From positions 2,436,855-2,500,854 of the forward strand of contig OW818644.1 in assembly GCA_942492955.1 (NCBI GenBank): a DNA stretch of 64,000 bases. Direction: 5' to 3'. This document shows positions 9,443 through 17,827 of the stretch, piece after piece (within the stretch, counting starts at the first letter, position 1; every line of letters starts with the position of its first letter). The position numbers were made by a program, and so were the translations under genes. The notes under the pieces were generated by a model that was given only the letters and a program-made list of their open reading frames with translations, did not search any database and was not told the origin of the DNA. Source of the stretch: an uncultured Methanomassiliicoccales archaeon (GTDB taxonomy: Archaea; Thermoplasmatota; Thermoplasmata; Methanomassiliicoccales; UBA472).

Positions 9443-9519
9443 TGCATTCGAAAACCTATATTAACCGACGGTTGGAATGATTTTTATCGGGTCCGGTAGA
9501 CCCTTGGAGGTATTCAGAA

Positions 9520-9963
9520 ATGGCATCACAGAAACTCAAGGATCTCATGAACAAGGGCTTAGCGGCCGAGATCCAGGCATCGATCCAATACATGTGGCAG
9601 CACGTTCAGTGGATAGGCGTCGAGCACTACGCCGTCTCTGATGAGTTCAAGACCATCGCCATCCAGGAGATGCAGCATGCGGAGAAGATCGCCGAGCGTC
9701 TATGGTATCTGGAAGGAACCCCCACCACAAAGCCCGCCCCGATACAGGTCGGAGGGGAGATGTGGGAGATGGTCGACAACGATATCGTCGCGGAGGAATT
9801 CGCCATCAATCTCTACAAGGAGATCATGGAGGTAGCGGCGAAAGAGGGCGATCCGACGACCCGTTTCATCTTCGAGCAGATCCTGGAGCAGGAGGAGGAG
9901 CATCACGACTTCTTCACCTCCCTGAAGCAGGGCCAGCCCAAGAAAGCCTCCAAGACCAAGTAA
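9520..9963 (+). CDS. Bacterioferritin-like ferritin-superfamily protein
   Basis: Di-iron ExxH motifs QEMQHAE and EQEEEHH. The E-M-x-H context matches the bacterioferritin haem-ligand Met position. GGAGGT lies 8 nt upstream of the ATG. Confidence 0.75.
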   Translation: MASQKLKDLMNKGLAAEIQASIQYMWQHVQWIGVEHYAVSDEFKTIAIQEMQHAEKIAERLWYLEGTPTTKPAPIQVGGEMWEMVDNDIVAEEFAINLYKEIMEVAAKEGDPTTRFIFEQILEQEEEHHDFFTSLKQGQPKKASKTK

Positions 9964-10136
9964 AACCGTCAAGCATGATCGAGCTTGTCGGTGTTCCGGC
10001 GCTCGTTCTCCGATTTTTGTCCAATGATCTCTCGGGAATCATGAAATGATTGCGCGTCGACACGCAGTTGTCATTCTCAGGAAAAGATGAGGCGTAGAGG
10101 GTATTATACGCTACAACCAGCTTGGTTCCATCTACC

Positions 10137-10613
10137 ATGATCAGAACCGGAGACGAGCTAGCTGAACTGTTGAAGCGGGCGCTGCAGATCGAGGATGGTT
10201 ACGAATCGGTAGGCCAGTGGGAGGCGTACGTCAAGACCAAGGACCACGGGTTCCGCCGCATGATCTTCGAGATGCTGGCGGAATCAGCCAAGCATAAAGG
10301 GATGGTCACGGACCTGCTCAAGATGGTCGATGTGTCTACAGAACGGCAGATAACTCCATTGGCGCCGACCCGCTTCGACTTCACTGGCAAAGAGCACCTG
10401 GAGGTCATGGACGAACTGTATCAGACCGAGATGTTGATGCTCGACACGTATACGCTGATCAGAGAGTCGTTGAACGGGACCGATATGGAGACGCTGCTTC
10501 TTCCTGGCCAGAAGGAATCCTTCTTGAAAATGCTGACGGAGCTCATCTCCGATGAAGGCCGACATGCGTCCATGGTCTCGACCCACCGTGGTAAGGTCGA
10601 GAGGATAAGATAG
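10137..10613 (+). CDS. Ferritin-like / rubrerythrin-like four-helix-bundle protein (uncharacterised)
   Basis: Helical protein with ESAKH and DEGRH pairs resembling ExxH di-iron ligands. I used the ATG at 10137 rather than the TTG at 10122. Confidence 0.45.
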   Translation: MIRTGDELAELLKRALQIEDGYESVGQWEAYVKTKDHGFRRMIFEMLAESAKHKGMVTDLLKMVDVSTERQITPLAPTRFDFTGKEHLEVMDELYQTEMLMLDTYTLIRESLNGTDMETLLLPGQKESFLKMLTELISDEGRHASMVSTHRGKVERIR

Positions 10614-10693
10614 TCCCCAATGTCACGGCCATAACACCAGGCAAAAGTTAATCATCCCAGTTTCGATTCCGATTTGACCGGTGTTACGGTCAT

Positions 10694-11425
10694 ATGGGGG
10701 AATTATCGTTGTACGCCATTGAGGTAAAGGACCTCGTAAAAAGCTACGGTGGCATAACCGCCGTCAAAGGGATATCGTTCACTGTCAACGAGGGGGAGGT
10801 CTTCGGTCTGATCGGCCCGAACGGGGCCGGAAAGACAACCACTCTGAGGATCCTCGCCACTCTATTACAGATCACATCCGGTTCGATCAAGGTGTTCGGC
10901 CAAGATCTGGCCACCGAATCCGATGAAGTGAGAAAGATCATCAGCTACCTCCCGGAGGACGCTGGAGCATACAAGAACCTGAGCGGGCGGGATTATCTTG
11001 AGTTCATAGCCGCCTTCTTCGGAGAGAGCGCCGGGCAGAAGCACATGGTCGAGCGCGGACTGCAGATCGCCCGGCTGGACGAGAGGATCGATGATAAGGT
11101 GGAGACCTACAGCAAGGGAATGGCCCGTCGCCTTCTGGTCGCCAGGGCGCTCATGATCAGCCCAAAACTGGCCATATTGGACGAGCTGACATCGGGTCTT
11201 GACGTTCTTAACGCTCAAGAGGTCAGGCGAACGGTCAAGAACACGGTCAAGGAAGGTACGACCGTTCTGCTGTCATCGCACAACATGCTCGAGGTAGAGC
11301 TCATGTGCGACCGGATCGCTCTCATCAATGATGGCAAGATTATCGAGATGGGTTCCCCGACCGAGCTCAAGGACAAGTACAACGTTCCGAACGTCGAGGA
11401 AGTGTTCGTGAGGGCGGTACAATGA
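10694..11425 (+). CDS. ABC transporter ATP-binding protein (ABC-2/DrrA-like exporter type)
   Basis: Walker A GPNGAGKTT, signature YSKGMARRL, Walker B LAILDE, H-loop SSHNM. The stop overlaps the permease start (ATGA at 11422-11425). Confidence 0.9.
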   Translation: MGELSLYAIEVKDLVKSYGGITAVKGISFTVNEGEVFGLIGPNGAGKTTTLRILATLLQITSGSIKVFGQDLATESDEVRKIISYLPEDAGAYKNLSGRDYLEFIAAFFGESAGQKHMVERGLQIARLDERIDDKVETYSKGMARRLLVARALMISPKLAILDELTSGLDVLNAQEVRRTVKNTVKEGTTVLLSSHNMLEVELMCDRIALINDGKIIEMGSPTELKDKYNVPNVEEVFVRAVQ

Positions 11426-12729
11426 GCAGCATCGGCAACATCATCAAGAAAGAGGTCAAGGAGCTGCTGACGCCGGCCACGATCATTCCGATCATAATCA
11501 TGGCGATGGTATTCGCCTCATTGGGCGGTGTCATCGGGGGAGTGCAACAGGGATTGACCGAGAAGCCCGTCATCGGCGTCATCGATCAAGGCCAATCGGA
11601 CCTTTCCGGTGTGGCGTTCACCGCGCTGAACAGCACTTCGAAGATCATCTACTCATACAATGGTACGGACCAGGCGAAGATCCAGGAGGGCCTGAGCAAA
11701 GTGCAGTCCGATGGCGGCGCCGCGCTGATAGTATTCCCGGCCAATTTCAGTCAACGGATCTCGGCCAACCAATCGGCCATCGTTCAGGTGTATTGGATGA
11801 TGAGAGGCGCGGGCGCGCTGGAAGGAGTGCAGTCGTCGGTCGTTGGGCTATCCATCAACCAGATGAACTACAAGGTCTCGACATACTTGATCGAGAACAA
11901 GGTCCCGGTGAACTCGGCGGTCGTACTCGCCCCGACACATATGTCCGAGACGACCGTGTTCAAGGAGCGGGTGATGACCGGCATTTCGCCTGCCGAGATA
12001 TCAGGGGTCATGTCAAGTCAAGGGATTATCGTCCCGCTGATCATCGTCATGGTGGTCATCATGGCTGGAGGAATGGTCATCACCTCCATGGGAACCGAGA
12101 AGGAGAACAAGACCCTGGAGACGCTGCTGACGCTGCCGGTCAGCCGAACTTCGATCGTCGTCGGCAAGCTGGCTGGCGCGGCCATCGTCGGTCTGATCAT
12201 GGCGGTCATCTACATGATCGGCATGAGCTATTACATGGATTCACTGACCGCGTCGGCGGCGATAGACCTGGGCAAGTACGGGATCGGCCTGAACCTGCTG
12301 GACTACGTGCTGGTGGGGATCTCCCTGTTCCTGGCGTTGATCTCGGCGCTGGCCTTGTGCATGCTGCTGGGCATCTTCACCAAGAACTACAAGGCAGCCC
12401 AGTCGATGACGATGCCGATCACGTTCCTGGCATTGATTCCCATGTTCGTGCTGATCTTCTCCGACTTCGACACGCTGCCGTTCGTCGGCCAGGCATTGGT
12501 CTTCGCCATCCCGTTCTCGCACCCGATGATCGCGATGCGCTCGCTGATGTTCGGCAACAGCGGCATAGTGATCGCCGGCATAGTCTACGAAGCGATATTC
12601 GCGTCGGTGACCATGTTCATCGCGGTCAGCATGTTCAAGAAGGACATTGTGCTGACCGGCATGCCGAAGAGACCAGGCAAGAAGAGCGGATGGTCGTCAC
12701 TGATCAACTATCCCGGCAAGAAGAGGTGA
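11422..12729 (+). CDS. ABC-2 type transporter permease with a large extracytoplasmic loop after TM1
   Basis: 435 aa with an N-terminal TM, a ~150-aa loop and then 5-6 TMs. Translationally coupled to the ATPase. Confidence 0.8.
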   Translation: MSSIGNIIKKEVKELLTPATIIPIIIMAMVFASLGGVIGGVQQGLTEKPVIGVIDQGQSDLSGVAFTALNSTSKIIYSYNGTDQAKIQEGLSKVQSDGGAALIVFPANFSQRISANQSAIVQVYWMMRGAGALEGVQSSVVGLSINQMNYKVSTYLIENKVPVNSAVVLAPTHMSETTVFKERVMTGISPAEISGVMSSQGIIVPLIIVMVVIMAGGMVITSMGTEKENKTLETLLTLPVSRTSIVVGKLAGAAIVGLIMAVIYMIGMSYYMDSLTASAAIDLGKYGIGLNLLDYVLVGISLFLALISALALCMLLGIFTKNYKAAQSMTMPITFLALIPMFVLIFSDFDTLPFVGQALVFAIPFSHPMIAMRSLMFGNSGIVIAGIVYEAIFASVTMFIAVSMFKKDIVLTGMPKRPGKKSGWSSLINYPGKKR

Positions 12730-12778
12730 GAAAAACTTTCCGGGGCCTAGTGCCCCGAAGAAATATTTTTTTATGATT

Positions 12779-14203
12779 TTAGAAGTTCTTGACGGGCACC
12801 ATGTCCACATGGAGCTTCTTCCCGTTCACGTCCATCGAGCGCAGTCCGGCCAAAGCCTTGGATGCGGCGTCCTTGTGCACTTCGACCTCTGTATAGTCGT
12901 CGTGGATCTCGATGTTGCCGATGGACATCTCGTTCACCTTAAGCCTCCGGGCCAGGATGTCGACGATGTCGATCGAGCGGATATGGTCCTTCTCGCCGAG
13001 GGAGACGCGGAACTTCACCATGCCGAAGATGTCCGAGTAGGCCTCGAAATCGACCACGCGCCGGACCACGTCCTTCTGTCCCGATTCGGGGACTGGCTCC
13101 TCCAGCATCTCCACGACGCCGAACTCCTTGATCTTCTTCAGCAGGTACATCTCGCGGGCGGTGATGAACGTGATGGCCACGCCTTCCTTGCCGGCCCGGC
13201 CGGTCCTGCCGATGCGGTGAACGTACACTTCCGGGTCCTCGGGTATATCGAAGTTGATTACGTGGGTGACATCCTCGATGTCCAGTCCGCGGGCGGCAAC
13301 GTCCGTCGCCACCAATACCTGGATCTTGCCGGCCCTGAAGTCCGTGAGCACCTTCTCACGCCTCGATTGGGTCAGATCGCCGTGGATCGCCGCCACCGGA
13401 TAACCATAGGATTTCAGGACCCGTTCAATGGTGTTGACCATCATCTTGGTCTGGGCGAACACCATCGCCTTCGGTTGGTACTTATCGAGCACCCTGCAAA
13501 GCGCCCATATCTTGTTCTTCCTCTCGATGTTGAAGTAGATCTGCCTGGTGGAAGGTAGTACGAGCTTGTCCTCGCTGATGATGACCCTGATCGGGTCCCG
13601 CATGTGCTGTCCCGCGATCTTCCTCACCGATTCAGGGATGGTCGCTGAGAACAGCATCGACTGGCGCTCCTTCGGGAGCTTCGACAGGATATAGTCGATG
13701 TCCTCTATGAAACCCATGTCCAGCATACGGTCCGCTTCGTCCAGGACGAGGAATTGCACCTCGCTCAGGTCGATGGTCCGTCTCTGCATATGGTCCATCA
13801 GACGGCCCGGGGTGGCGACGACGATGTCCACGCCCCGTTCGAGGGCACGGAACTGCTCGTCCAATGAGCGCCCGCCATAGATTGGAAGCACGCTCACGCC
13901 CTTCATGAACTCTGCCAGGCGGCTGATCTCAGCGGCCACCTGTACCCCCAGCTCCCTGGTCGGGACCAAAATCAGGGCGGACGGCTTTCTGCCGCAGGTT
14001 AACTTCTGCAGGATCGAGATTCCGAACGCTGCTGTCTTTCCGGTGCCGGTCTGGGCCTGGGCCATGACGTCCCTTCCTTCCATGAGGAGGGGGATGGTCT
14101 CGACCTGCACTGGCGTCGGTTCTTCGAAGCCCATCTTCTCGATGGCCTTCATGATGAACGGTTCAAGGTTTAGTGATTCGAAAGTCGCGGTCATTAAATT
14201 CAC
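12779..14203 (-). CDS. DEAD-box ATP-dependent RNA helicase with DbpA-type C-terminal RNA-binding domain
   Basis: Q-motif region, AQTGTGKT, PTRELG, VLDEADRML, SAT, HRIGRTGRAG. The C-terminal ~75 aa resembles the DbpA RRM-like extension. Confidence 0.9.
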   Translation of the reverse strand: MNLMTATFESLNLEPFIMKAIEKMGFEEPTPVQVETIPLLMEGRDVMAQAQTGTGKTAAFGISILQKLTCGRKPSALILVPTRELGVQVAAEISRLAEFMKGVSVLPIYGGRSLDEQFRALERGVDIVVATPGRLMDHMQRRTIDLSEVQFLVLDEADRMLDMGFIEDIDYILSKLPKERQSMLFSATIPESVRKIAGQHMRDPIRVIISEDKLVLPSTRQIYFNIERKNKIWALCRVLDKYQPKAMVFAQTKMMVNTIERVLKSYGYPVAAIHGDLTQSRREKVLTDFRAGKIQVLVATDVAARGLDIEDVTHVINFDIPEDPEVYVHRIGRTGRAGKEGVAITFITAREMYLLKKIKEFGVVEMLEEPVPESGQKDVVRRVVDFEAYSDIFGMVKFRVSLGEKDHIRSIDIVDILARRLKVNEMSIGNIEIHDDYTEVEVHKDAASKALAGLRSMDVNGKKLHVDMVPVKNF

Positions 14204-14392
14204 GTTTTCTCTTTATTTGTTTGTCCGATATTGACTCTGCCTTATATGATTATGGTTACTGTCAAATCTCCCATTTGACCGAAATTGAAATCGTTCTGGA
14301 TTCATAATAATATTCCTGCGCATGGAATTGGAAACAAGAGAATGGAATAGAAAGAGCACCATAGATCAACGATCTCTTTTTCAAATACTGGA

Positions 14393-14695
14393 CTACGAGA
14401 TCACGATTTCGTAGTTCAGAACTTTGATCGCCTCTCCCTCCCATGAGCGGAGCAGTCTCAGCTGTAGAGCGGTCTTTCCCAACTTCAATGGGAGGAACTT
14501 GAACTCAATGGTCCCACCGCCTCCGATCGCCCTGCCCTTTCTCTGATATTTCTTATCGGTCAGTTCGATAAACGAGCTGTCGAATGACGCCTCCCACCGA
14601 TAGCCAGTGGTGGGATTTTCCTCCAAGGATATGGCGAATTCCTCTCCCATCCCCAAATTCCTCGTGAGTTCCATTAATGTCCCACCATCATCCAT
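14393..14695 (-). CDS. Chagasin-family (MEROPS I42) cysteine-peptidase inhibitor
   Basis: All three chagasin loops are recognisable: NPTTGYRW, GGGGT, and RSWEG (RPW-like). The ~100-aa size is typical. Confidence 0.75.
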   Translation of the reverse strand: MDDGGTLMELTRNLGMGEEFAISLEENPTTGYRWEASFDSSFIELTDKKYQRKGRAIGGGGTIEFKFLPLKLGKTALQLRLLRSWEGEAIKVLNYEIVIS

Positions 14696-14880
14696 GCCTT
14701 GGCGACATCAAATTCTTATCGGTGCTCAGAAGAATCATTACCATAGATGTTGAAAAGAACGCATCGAGCACCAACATATCTCCCGCTGTCTGAGATGGTC
14801 CTGGTGAGATGTGATCAAGGTTCGCGTTTAGTCCGTCGATCGACAGACGTCAGAAACCGGGGAAGGAAAATTAGTCGTGC

Positions 14881-15018
14881 TCAATTCAGTTCGATGTTGA
14901 GGAGCGTGCATTTCTGCTTGTGCGGGTCATAGGACTGGCACTTCTTGGTCCGGCAGATATCTCGCTTCTCCTGGCAATATACTGGTCTGAATCGTCCTTT
15001 CACTTGACTGTCTAACAT
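14881..15018 (-). CDS. Possible 45-aa Cys-rich basic peptide (MLDSQVKGRFRPVYCQEKRDICRTKKCQSYDPHKQKCTLLNIELN)
   Basis: I translated this myself; it is too short for the ORF track. It is the only plausible ORF in an otherwise empty ~500-bp gap. A TATAAT-like element lies ~45 nt upstream on the minus strand. No family recognised. Confidence 0.25.
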   Translation of the reverse strand: MLDSQVKGRFRPVYCQEKRDICRTKKCQSYDPHKQKCTLLNIELN

Positions 15019-15191
15019 TATGCCGGGGCTATGTGCCATGTCCCACCAACACACGCAATGGTATTATAGACATCGGTTCTAAGCCGACTTTGAGTCGACA
15101 CATATTGTGTGGTCTATCTGGGCAGCGTATCTTTACTCGAATATCTCAGCTCGGGTAAGATATTGGACTAGAGCCAGATATTCCGATGGTC

Positions 15192-16658
15192 TCAGTTCAA
15201 CCGTTTCTCGATCGCCTCGATGACAGTCTTGAGCACTTTTATCCGGGAGTAGTACTTGTCGTTGGATTCAACCACCGTCCAAGGCGCCTTCTTGGTCGAC
15301 GTCCTCATCAGCATCTCCTCCACGGCGAGCTCATACTGTTCCCATTTCTCCCGGTTGCGCCAGTCATCCTGAGTGATCTTCCATTTCTTGAGCTCGTCGT
15401 TCTCCCTTTCCTGGAAGCGCTGCATCTGGGTCTCCTTGTCGATCTGGAGCCATATCTTCACTATGACTGCCCCGGCATCGGTCAGCATCTCCTCCGTCTC
15501 GTTGATCTCGTAATATGCCCTTCTCCAATCCGCCGGCTGGGTGATGTTCTCCACTCGTTCCACTAGCACCCTTCCATACCAGGTCCTGTCGAAGATGGCT
15601 ATATGTCCCTCCTGCGGGAACTTCATGTAGAACCGCCAGAGATAGTGATGGTTGAGCTCGATATCGTTGGGCACGGAGATGGGCACGACCCTGTATCCAC
15701 GGGGATCTAGGTTGTCCGTCAGGCGGAGTATGCTGCCGCCCTTCCCCGCCGCATCCCAACCTTCCATTGCGATGATGAGCGGGATCTTCCCTTTGTAGCA
15801 ACGGCATTGAAGTTCACCCAGTCTTTCCTGGAGCTTGTTCAGGGTCGATTTGTACTCATCGGGATTGATCGATACCGATAGGTCCAGGTTCTTCAGCGTC
15901 GTTGCTCCGATCGGGTATCTGGCCTCATCCGGCATGGGGGCCCAATCGCTGTCGTCCTTCCTTTCCACGGCTGCCTTTATGATGTCGATGGTTGCAGTGA
16001 CGATCTGGACCAGAGCATGGTTGTCATCCTCTGCCTCGATTATCGTCCATGGCGCGTTGGGCGTATCTGTCTTCGACAGGATGTCCTCGATGGCCGGGAG
16101 GTATTTCTCATATTCCTTATGGTGGTCCAGTCCGTCCTTGGAGACGATGCAACGCTTTCCGTTTCCTTTCTCGAGGCGTTTCTTATGTTCCTTCTTGCTC
16201 ATGTGAAGGAAGAACTTGATGATGGTGCAATGGTCGGCTGTCAATTGCCTTTCGAAATCGTTGATCTCCTCCAACGCCCTCGGTGATGCCCTTTCTCCCT
16301 TCTTGCCTTCCACCCTTTCCTCCAGCGTCCTCGAGTACCAGGATCGGTCGAAGATGGCGAACCTACCCTTTTCCGGGGTCTTCACGAAAAATCGCCAAAT
16401 GAAAGGTCTCGCCTCCTCCTCTTCCGACGGATCACCGATAGAATAGAGGTCGAACCCGCGGGGATCCAGACATCTGATGTAGTCGTTGATGGCCTTGCTC
16501 ATGCAAGTGGTGTCCCATCCTTCGAAGACGACCACGATCGGCTTCTTCGCTTCTCGTGCCAGGCGCTGCATCTCCCCTAATCTCGGGGTCAAGTCCTCCA
16601 TCCGTCTGGAGAATTCCTTGTCATCCAGTTTCTTTGACAGGTCGACCTTGTCCAACAT
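15192..16658 (-). CDS. Two-domain polyphosphate kinase 2 (PPK2; polyphosphate:AMP phosphotransferase-like architecture)
   Basis: Two tandem PPK2 modules. The C-terminal module has an intact Walker A (MEGWDAAGKGGSI..LDPRGYRV). The N-terminal module is degenerate (FEGWDTTCMSKAI..LDPRGFDL). Both carry the FDRSWY/FDRTWY lid motif. Confidence 0.85.
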   Translation of the reverse strand: MLDKVDLSKKLDDKEFSRRMEDLTPRLGEMQRLAREAKKPIVVVFEGWDTTCMSKAINDYIRCLDPRGFDLYSIGDPSEEEEARPFIWRFFVKTPEKGRFAIFDRSWYSRTLEERVEGKKGERASPRALEEINDFERQLTADHCTIIKFFLHMSKKEHKKRLEKGNGKRCIVSKDGLDHHKEYEKYLPAIEDILSKTDTPNAPWTIIEAEDDNHALVQIVTATIDIIKAAVERKDDSDWAPMPDEARYPIGATTLKNLDLSVSINPDEYKSTLNKLQERLGELQCRCYKGKIPLIIAMEGWDAAGKGGSILRLTDNLDPRGYRVVPISVPNDIELNHHYLWRFYMKFPQEGHIAIFDRTWYGRVLVERVENITQPADWRRAYYEINETEEMLTDAGAVIVKIWLQIDKETQMQRFQERENDELKKWKITQDDWRNREKWEQYELAVEEMLMRTSTKKAPWTVVESNDKYYSRIKVLKTVIEAIEKRLN

Positions 16659-16852
16659 TATAGCACCGCCAGCAGGATATCATGGACCTTTTCAATCATA
16701 AATTCGACTGTTCCAGAATCATCAGGAATATCGTGATCAGCTTTCATCCGTCCCGACGATCGTTTTGGATACGATCCTTTGGTCTGGATGGTCTTGTGCG
16801 GCAATTCGCCGATTGCGAAAACCCTTAAACCTGTCCTGTGATATTCGCCAGC

Positions 16853-17815
16853 ATGGGAAACCTCAATGTCGCTATGATCGGGCCGATCGATTACGCCAAG
16901 GACCTGGCCAAGAAGGGGACTTCCACTGACATCACTCTCTATGACATGAAGAAGGACCAGGACACGGTCACCCTTATCGAGCCGACAAAGTACCCAGAAC
17001 GCATCAACTCCCTTTTCTACTCGGTCTCGATGGCCAATGTGGCGTTGTTCGTGGTCGATGAGATCAATGCCCAGCTGGGTGAGTGCATATTGATGCTGGA
17101 TTGCGCCGGGGTAGAGCAAGGGTTTTTCATCCTGCGCAATTACATCACTCCGGACAAGATAGCGCCTTTCATCAAGGGGACCAGGTTGGAGAAGTACCAG
17201 TACATCGAGAACAACCCGGTCGAAATAAGGGAGATGCTGATGGACATGGCGGCCAAGCTCCAGCCGGATATGTCGCAGACCAAGGTGGGCTCCATTCCCA
17301 TCGATCACCATTTCAACGTCAAGGGCGTCGGCACGGTCATCCTCGGCTACGTTGCCACTGGAGGCGTGAAGAAGCATGATACGCTGAAGGTCCTCCCGAC
17401 GGCAAAGTCCGCGCTGGTCAGATCGATCCAGAAGCACGACGACGATTTCGATATGGCCTACCGGGGAGACCGGGTGGGGCTCGCCCTGAAGGGAATCGAA
17501 GCGGACGAACTGGACCGAGGATACGTTCTGACCAATGACGAATCCATGAAGGTCGAGACGACCCTCAAGGTGCAAGCGGAGCTGATCAAGTACTGGCCGT
17601 CATCGATCAAGGAAGGCATGGTGCTGCACGTTTGCCACTGGATGCAGTTCGTTCCAGCCCGGGTGGTGGGCGTGGACAACGGGAATGATTGGAAGAGGCC
17701 GATCCTGACGTTGTCGTTGGATAAAGGTCTGATCCATCCTCCCGGTTCCAGGGCGGTCCTGACCCAGCTGGAAGGCGGGAAGCTTCGCATCGCTGGAACG
17801 GTGGCGCTGCCTTAG
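16853..17815 (+). CDS. EF-Tu/EF-1A/SelB-like protein with degenerate GTPase domain
   Basis: Domain II signature KGVGTVILGYVATGGVKKHDTLKVLP and GDRVGLALKG. The N-terminal domain has the G-domain length, but GxxxxGK(S/T) is replaced by GPIDYAKD, and neither DxxG nor NKxD is recognisable. Confidence 0.65.
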   Translation: MGNLNVAMIGPIDYAKDLAKKGTSTDITLYDMKKDQDTVTLIEPTKYPERINSLFYSVSMANVALFVVDEINAQLGECILMLDCAGVEQGFFILRNYITPDKIAPFIKGTRLEKYQYIENNPVEIREMLMDMAAKLQPDMSQTKVGSIPIDHHFNVKGVGTVILGYVATGGVKKHDTLKVLPTAKSALVRSIQKHDDDFDMAYRGDRVGLALKGIEADELDRGYVLTNDESMKVETTLKVQAELIKYWPSSIKEGMVLHVCHWMQFVPARVVGVDNGNDWKRPILTLSLDKGLIHPPGSRAVLTQLEGGKLRIAGTVALP

Positions 17816-17827
17816 AACGGGACGATA

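Noticed and set aside
11793-13558. ORFs 11793-12776 (+) and 12773-13558 (+)
   Set aside because: The first is an out-of-frame ORF inside the ABC-2 permease. The second is antisense to the DEAD-box helicase. Both are Arg/Asp/His/Gly-rich and lack motifs.
16658-17575. 305-aa minus-strand ORF overlapping the EF-Tu-like gene
   Set aside because: It is antisense to a gene with a clear EF-Tu domain II signature. The composition is typical of a GC-rich antisense frame.
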